A stretch of DNA of 64,000 nucleotides from positions 256,001-320,000 of the forward strand of contig CAWEQH010000004.1 in the NCBI GenBank assembly GCA_963811165.1, in the 5' to 3' direction. This document shows positions 61,651-64,000 of the stretch, piece by piece; the stretch's first letter is position 1, and each line of letters opens with the position of its first letter. Source of the stretch: an uncultured Nitrospiraceae bacterium. Lineage in GTDB: Bacteria; Nitrospirota; Thermodesulfovibrionia; Thermodesulfovibrionales; UBA6898. The position numbers and the translations under genes were made by a program. Under the pieces are notes generated by a model that ran no database searches, was not told the DNA's origin, and saw only the letters and a list, made by a program, of their open reading frames with translations.

Positions 61651-62361
61651 TTACCGCACCGGGCATGCAACCGCTGCCTTGCGGCCGCAGACAACGGAAG
61701 TCAATGTTTCTTTCGCCTTTTGGGAAAGCCCGAAACTCTCTATCTCTTCTTTGAGGGAATCGCACGAGCCGTATCCACCGAGGTAGCCGTTTACGCGTGT
61801 GGCGGCCGTAGAATCGATCAGCCTCTTTATGTCGGGAAACATCTTCCCCAATTCCCTCATTATTTCGGGATATGATCTTAGGCTGTGCTTTTGGTGGTAA
61901 TCCTCGGCAAGATAGAATCCCGAATACGGTTCTATCGAAGTAGCAATTTTCTCCTTTGTTTTAGAAGCAAGCCGGTCCCTCGTCTCCATAGCAACCTTCC
62001 TTTGAAGTTCACTATGATAAAATATCGCCGCCCTGTATTGGAGAGACCATGAACCTCTTGTCGGATCGTGGCTCTTCCAAAAAATTTCCAATAACTCCCT
62101 GTATGAGATACGGGAGGGATCAAAATCGATTTGAATCGCCTCAGAATGATTTCCCAGGTCGTGATAATCAGGGTCCGTCGTAGTTCCGCCGGTGTAACCC
62201 ACTCGGGTCCGGATAACCCCCGGCAAACTCCCAAACTGGGAGTCAGGCCCCCAGAATCAGCCAAGTGCGAAGGTCGCGGTCTCAAATGTAGCCGAATGGC
62301 GTATGTCTGAAGGCGGCAGGCCAACGCCGCAGGTCTCAGAATCGGTATGGGACGGAGACAT
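61651..62361 (-). CDS. msrA: Peptide-methionine (S)-S-oxide reductase MsrA, selenoprotein (UGA at 62257-62259)
   Basis: TATFALG-UGA-FWGPDSQFG..PGVIRTRVGYTGG in one frame (GCFWG motif with Sec), HSEAIQ, FYLAEDYHQK; GGAGGT RBS before ATG 62361 (alternative start 62445 adds a hydrophobic leader). Confidence 0.92.
62227..62243 (-). promoter_or_regulatory. Candidate bacterial SECIS hairpin
   Basis: ACUCCCA-GUU-UGGGAGU begins 13 nt after the UGA, with G first in the loop. Confidence 0.7.
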
Positions 62362-62519
62362 ATTTTTACCTCCCGTAAGAGATACTATGGTAACTATAGT
62401 TATTGCCAACCCTAACGACACTATAAGGGCAAAGCGCCATCTCATGACAAATAGTACCCTATGATAATGAAGCAATTGTGAATGGACTGCTTTTCGGCAG
62501 GTTGCAGGATCTGCGCCGA

Positions 62520-63392
62520 TCATCCCTGATGCGACTTCCTAAGATACTGATAGAGGGCGGAGAAATCCTTCTCTCCCAGCCCGCTACGCACGGCGAGGGC
62601 AACCGACTCCTTAATCGCATGCATGTCAGGCATCGCCACACCGCATTCATAGGCCGTGACCGAGGCAAGCTGCAGGTCCTTATGCATCCATTTGAGTGGG
62701 AACTGGGTCTCGAAGTTCCCGGACTCCATCAGGGGTCTCTTAAGCGAAAGAAAGGGAGCGGCCACGGGCGATTTGAGAAGGGTATCGAAGAGCACCTCGC
62801 GGGAAATGCCAAGGGCCTCTCCGAGCACCATCGCCTCGGAGAAGGCAGCCATGGCTCCCGCAAGGAGAATGTTGTTCGTTATCTTCATGGCCGTGCCCAT
62901 TCCGTTTCCGCCGACGTGGAAGACCGCCTTGCCCATGGCTTCCAAAAGGGGCATCGAGAATTCGACATCTTTTTTATCTCCGCCTGCGAAAAAGAGGAGC
63001 TCCGCCTGCTCTGCCGGTATCTTCGAGCCGGCAACCGGCGCATCGATAAAACGCACATATCTTTTTTTGCATTCATCGGCCATTTTCCTCGAAAAGGATG
63101 GATTAACGGTACTGGAGTCTATCCATAAAGAGCCTTTCGTTAAGTGATCGAGAAACCCTTCCTCACCGAGGGCAACCTCGGTCACCGCAGCCGGTTCGGA
63201 AAGCATAGTGATTACCACCGATACGGCCTCCGCGACTTTGGCCGGGGTTCCTAAAAAAGACGCACCCATGGCGATAAGCGGACCTGCCTTATCCTTTGTC
63301 CTGTTAAAGACGACAAGCTCGTGGCCTCTCTTTAGCAGATTCCCCGCCATGCGACTGCCCATGATGCCAAGCCCGATAAACCCGACTTTCAT
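62520..63392 (-). CDS. NAD(P)-dependent beta-hydroxyacid dehydrogenase (3-hydroxyisobutyrate dehydrogenase family)
   Basis: GFIGLGIMG, DSSTV, DAPVAGS, G.GTAMKI.NN, KDL. Confidence 0.93.
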   Translation of the reverse strand: MKVGFIGLGIMGSRMAGNLLKRGHELVVFNRTKDKAGPLIAMGASFLGTPAKVAEAVSVVITMLSEPAAVTEVALGEEGFLDHLTKGSLWIDSSTVNPSFSRKMADECKKRYVRFIDAPVAGSKIPAEQAELLFFAGGDKKDVEFSMPLLEAMGKAVFHVGGNGMGTAMKITNNILLAGAMAAFSEAMVLGEALGISREVLFDTLLKSPVAAPFLSLKRPLMESGNFETQFPLKWMHKDLQLASVTAYECGVAMPDMHAIKESVALAVRSGLGEKDFSALYQYLRKSHQG

Positions 63393-63436
63393 ATGTCCTC
63401 CTTCATTAATCTTGAGTCTCTGTCTTCTCTTTACCT

Positions 63437-64000
63437 CTACTTCTCCTCCTTCAAACTCTCCATATACTTTCTCACTTCAGCCGATACTTTCAAGGGCTCG
63501 GTGATGGAGGCAAAGCATTTTTTCGCGGAGCAAAGGTAGAGGGACTCACTCAGGGGATAGCCGATACGCTCGATAGCGGCCCTATCATCCGTAAGCGAAA
63601 ACACCTTTACCACTTTGAGGGGAATATAGATCCCGTTCACCGCGGCAAGGAACAGTTCGGGCCCCCTGGCGGTTATGATTACGATTTCGAGGGGCGCCCG
63701 GAGCTGCCATTCGAACGCCGTCCCGCAAAATCCTGCAGCGGGTCCGATCCTTCCGCAGTCCTCTTTTGTCCGCGCGACCGCGCGGGCAGCCAGCCCTTTG
63801 AGTTTCGCATCTTCCTGATATCCCGAAATTCTCAGCAGAAAAACAGCGGCCCTGAGGTTCGAGACAGCGGCGTTGTATTCCATGAGCACTCCCGGCTCAG
63901 AAGGCCCGACCGGGGTTGTTCCTTTACCTGCCCTGAAGGAGCCCTGCTGACTATCGAAGAACTCCCCGGCAAGCAGGCGGGCCACATCCCGGGCTGTGTC
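63437..64000 (-). CDS. C-terminal part of a YyaL/DUF255-like protein (5' end outside the window)
   Basis: FFD...GSF and terminal YLC...C...IT.P resemble the YyaL/SSP411 C-terminus. Confidence 0.5.
   Translation of the reverse strand, partial: DTARDVARLLAGEFFDSQQGSFRAGKGTTPVGPSEPGVLMEYNAAVSNLRAAVFLLRISGYQEDAKLKGLAARAVARTKEDCGRIGPAAGFCGTAFEWQLRAPLEIVIITARGPELFLAAVNGIYIPLKVVKVFSLTDDRAAIERIGYPLSESLYLCSAKKCFASITEPLKVSAEVRKYMESLKEEK

Overview
A 64-kb bacterial chromosomal window. Gene content (hcp, multiheme c cytochromes, PilZ proteins, a sigma-54 promoter, a selenocysteine codon) suggests an anaerobic Nitrospirota/Desulfobacterota-like organism; this is inference only. (1) 1-8 kb: an envelope-lipid/stress module (degenerate GGDEF tail, mlaD, mlaC, two paralogous exported proteins, a sigma-54-driven operon of four small CsbD/DUF3309-type proteins, AsmA, cardiolipin synthase); four of these genes have broken frames. 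(2) 8.1-26.8 kb, the main candidate for an undescribed system: a co-oriented lipid/polyketide cluster with a YghO/bacterial-ceramide-synthase-like GNAT, a His/Cys papain-like lipoprotein, a 2648-aa Pfa-like type I synthase (FabK-like x2-KS-AT-ACP-ACP-KR-DH, no thioesterase, atypical ACP motif), PPTase, a second GNAT, an ABC-2 exporter, a phosphoethanolamine-transferase-like protein and two B12 radical SAM enzymes. (3) 27-39 kb: YihY, cold-shock gene with a duplicated Cys-rich partner, PAS-LuxR, cysteine desulfurase, a tetraheme cytochrome/heme-binding kinase signalling operon, PilZ proteins, RluA-family synthase. (4) 39.6-47.6 kb: a giant repeat-rich surface protein split by a 1-nt deletion. 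(5) 48-64 kb: hcp with a CRP/FNR-type box, a globin-coupled kinase lacking its phospho-His, MASE3 kinase, RNase H-GIY-YIG fusion, AcuC, cytochrome P460-family protein, hyaluronan-synthase-like GT2 and a selenocysteine MsrA missed by the ORF track. No rRNA, tRNA, CRISPR array, transposase or integrase was recognised. All family calls come from motif recognition by eye, not database searches.
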